Assembly (NCBI GenBank): GCA_965262925.1
Contig: CBDHGC010000004.1
Coordinates: 2,385,112-2,449,111 of the forward strand
Origin: Vicinamibacterales bacterium
GTDB taxonomy: Bacteria > Acidobacteriota > Vicinamibacteria > Vicinamibacterales > UBA8438
Length of the DNA: 64,000 bases
Direction of reading: 5' to 3'
Shown: positions 62,210 through 64,000 of the stretch, piece by piece
How the letters are laid out: the number at the start of each line of letters is the position of its first letter
Numbering within the stretch: position 1 is the first letter of the stretch
Notes under the pieces: generated by a model
The model's database searches: none
Seen by the model: the letters and a program-made list of their open reading frames with translations, nothing else
What the model was told of the DNA's origin: nothing
Translations under genes and position numbers: made by a program

Positions 62210-64000
<1,791 letters not shown>

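Overview
Visibly GC-rich (not computed) accessory DNA from a diderm bacterium: it carries autotransporters, an OM beta-barrel, lipoproteins and a bactofilin. I cannot place the taxon from sequence alone. The window is a mosaic of mobile-element debris and duplicated cargo rather than core genes.

Layout from left to right:
- 1-4.6 kb, minus strand: a replication-type module with SSB followed by three tandem, mutually divergent, short DnaN-like clamp genes and an unknown gene.
- 5.7-11.8 kb: an IS5/IS1182-like IS flanked by CTAG, then an IS21 (istAB) lying between a truncated hexapeptide-repeat gene and an ISKra4-like transposase fragment.
- 13.4-15.3 kb: a ParB-domain protein fused to a Dam-like domain.
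- 16-41.5 kb: a paralogous family of large type Va autotransporters. Two copies each have an upstream LysR gene and form a 5.4-kb segmental duplication. A third copy has an LRR head and is split by an ISAzo13-like IS. Two further barrel fragments are present. Interspersed are a metallophosphoesterase-like gene, lipoproteins, an HNH fragment, an OMP, YbjQ and an ISNCY-like IS.
- 43-52.7 kb: an IS and pseudogene graveyard with a truncated trypsin-like protease, a tRNA 3' fragment, trbL/trbF-like remnants, PIN fragments, a PQQ-dehydrogenase fragment, IstB fragments, a truncated ISAzo13-type transposase, an IS1634-family IS, and a 485-bp inverted-repeat element with a tyrosine-recombinase remnant.
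- 52.7-60.3 kb, minus strand: an integrase/excisionase-linked islet. It holds an MNT-type nucleotidyltransferase, a degenerate orphan type I-E-like CRISPR array, a three-gene coupled operon ending in an AbiEii-like nucleotidyltransferase, and a chain of translationally coupled micro-ORFs ending in a bactofilin.
- 60.6-64 kb: a Lon-like protease locus with at least three consecutive AAA+ modules, running off the right edge.

A 16-nt palindrome (CCGCAACGCGTTGCGG) recurs nine times. At least nine reading frames are broken by single-nucleotide offsets, so either pseudogenisation or assembly indels must be considered.

The most interesting candidates are the triple short-clamp plus SSB module, the multi-AAA+ Lon locus, and the NTase/bactofilin islet beside the orphan CRISPR. 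All functional calls come from motif recognition by eye. No database search was run.
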